Source of the DNA: Oculina patagonica
Taxonomy: Eukaryota
NCBI RefSeq assembly: GCF_052425735.1
Contig: NC_135761.1
Location: 3,038,001-3,102,000, forward strand
Direction: 5' to 3'
Length of the DNA stretch: 64,000 nucleotides
Below, piece after piece: positions 62,862 through 64,000 of the stretch. Position 1 is the first letter of the stretch. Each line of letters begins with the position of its first letter. The notes under the pieces are model-generated. The model searched no databases. It saw nothing but the letters and a program-made list of their open reading frames with translations, and was not told the DNA's origin. The translations under genes and the position numbers were made by a program.

Positions 62862-64000
62862 AATTAAGTGAAACCGGTAAAAACAATATATATTTATATA
62901 TTCTATAGAAAACAGGTAAATGTGAAAAGGTTAAAAAAATAGATTAGTGTGTATCAATCTGCAGCTTACTTTTATAAGCAACCTGGAAGTAAATGCCTAC
63001 ATTGTGCGGTGCCAGAAAATTCCATACTCACCCCAAGAATGGTCAATGGAAATTCCGAAGGGGAGGGAGGTCGCAATAGCCCAAATTTTTAAAAAAAAGT
63101 ATGAAGCTAAACTCAAAGTTCCAGGGGGTCGGAAGGGTCCAAACCAAAGAACCATCCTTGGGGTAGGTATAGATATTTTTTTGGAACCACACATTAAAAT
63201 TAAACTGCCATTACACTATTGAAGACACTTTAGCCTGTGCTGGAGTAAATTTATGGTCTGCGATAATAATTTCGTAAATTCTCTGTAATTTCATTATTTT
63301 TATTGAAACAAAATATTTTTGTCATGAACCCCAGAATGGTTTCAAAACTTACATGTAATAAAGTGTCAGTATTCACATGTAGCCTTATTAGGTTCTGGGA
63401 TGTTCACATTACATAAATACCTAGCTAAAAAGGCACTAAAGTATATTCAGGTTTAAACTGGCAACATGTGGGAATTAATCATGTGACGATTTTATTACAT
63501 TAACACAATGTGTATTTTTGAGTTCACTTTGACTAAGAGGAATGTCATTGCACTCTTCAAGTCACCTGTAAATAGAAAAAAAAAACTATTTATTTTGATA
63601 AAATTGTTATTTTTCCAGCATGCAGACTGTATATTAAATGGCCTTTTTCAGTGTGTGAAAAAAACCCTGACTGCTTTCATGTTGGGCTTGTGGATTCAAT
63701 AATTTTTTCCACTTGCTAGATAGCCAAATGACATTTATGGATTTTTATTTTTTGTTGTTGATCTTTCCAGAGAAACATGGGACCTTGGGTAAGCATATAA
63801 TGGTTTCACCTTGCCCAGTCTACCTGGGTCAGGCCAGGAAGAAATCAATTTTCTTTGCACCCTTCCTTTCATTAATCATAATTTTGCAGAAAAATGTCAG
63901 TCTTCATTTGAATTTTTTACATTGCTAGCTGTAGTTTAAAATGCTACTGAAGGCCATCCAACAATTGAAAATACATGCCTTAAAAAATGTCAAACAGCTT

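Noticed and set aside
57000-64000. Upstream coding exons of the PKD1-like gene
   Set aside because: Candidate donors at 57748 and 59376 have in-frame stops and no GAIN/REJ-like peptide was seen. Small exons, or exons beyond the window, cannot be excluded.

Overview
AT-rich, intron-containing animal genomic DNA. It is most likely anthozoan/stony coral, inferred from the repeat landscape and the cnidarian-type single-exon GPCRs. I reconstructed eight protein-coding genes by hand: TRAPPC2L (-, 6 exons, one U12-type intron) head-to-head with GALNS (+, 14 exons, one GC-AG intron, exon 8 tandemly duplicated); a single-exon class A GPCR (-); an Aurora-A-type kinase (+, 12 exons) tail-to-tail with FAM210B (-), which is head-to-head with a DUSP19-like phosphatase (+); a second GPCR (+); and an intron-poor polycystin-1-family gene (-) that appears to lack its ectodomain and GPS. 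TRAPPC2L/GALNS and AURKA/FAM210B reproduce human gene pairs in the same orientation. Introns and intergenic DNA are packed with MITEs, foldbacks, SINEs, LINE fragments, an R4/Dong-like fragment beside a (TAA)n tract and an OTU-bearing Helentron-like relic. The most unusual element is a ~260-bp tRNA-cloverleaf-containing unit inserted as near-exact tandem multimers, one of them with a target-site duplication. There is one N gap at 20233-20363. All calls come from reading the sequence; no searches were run.
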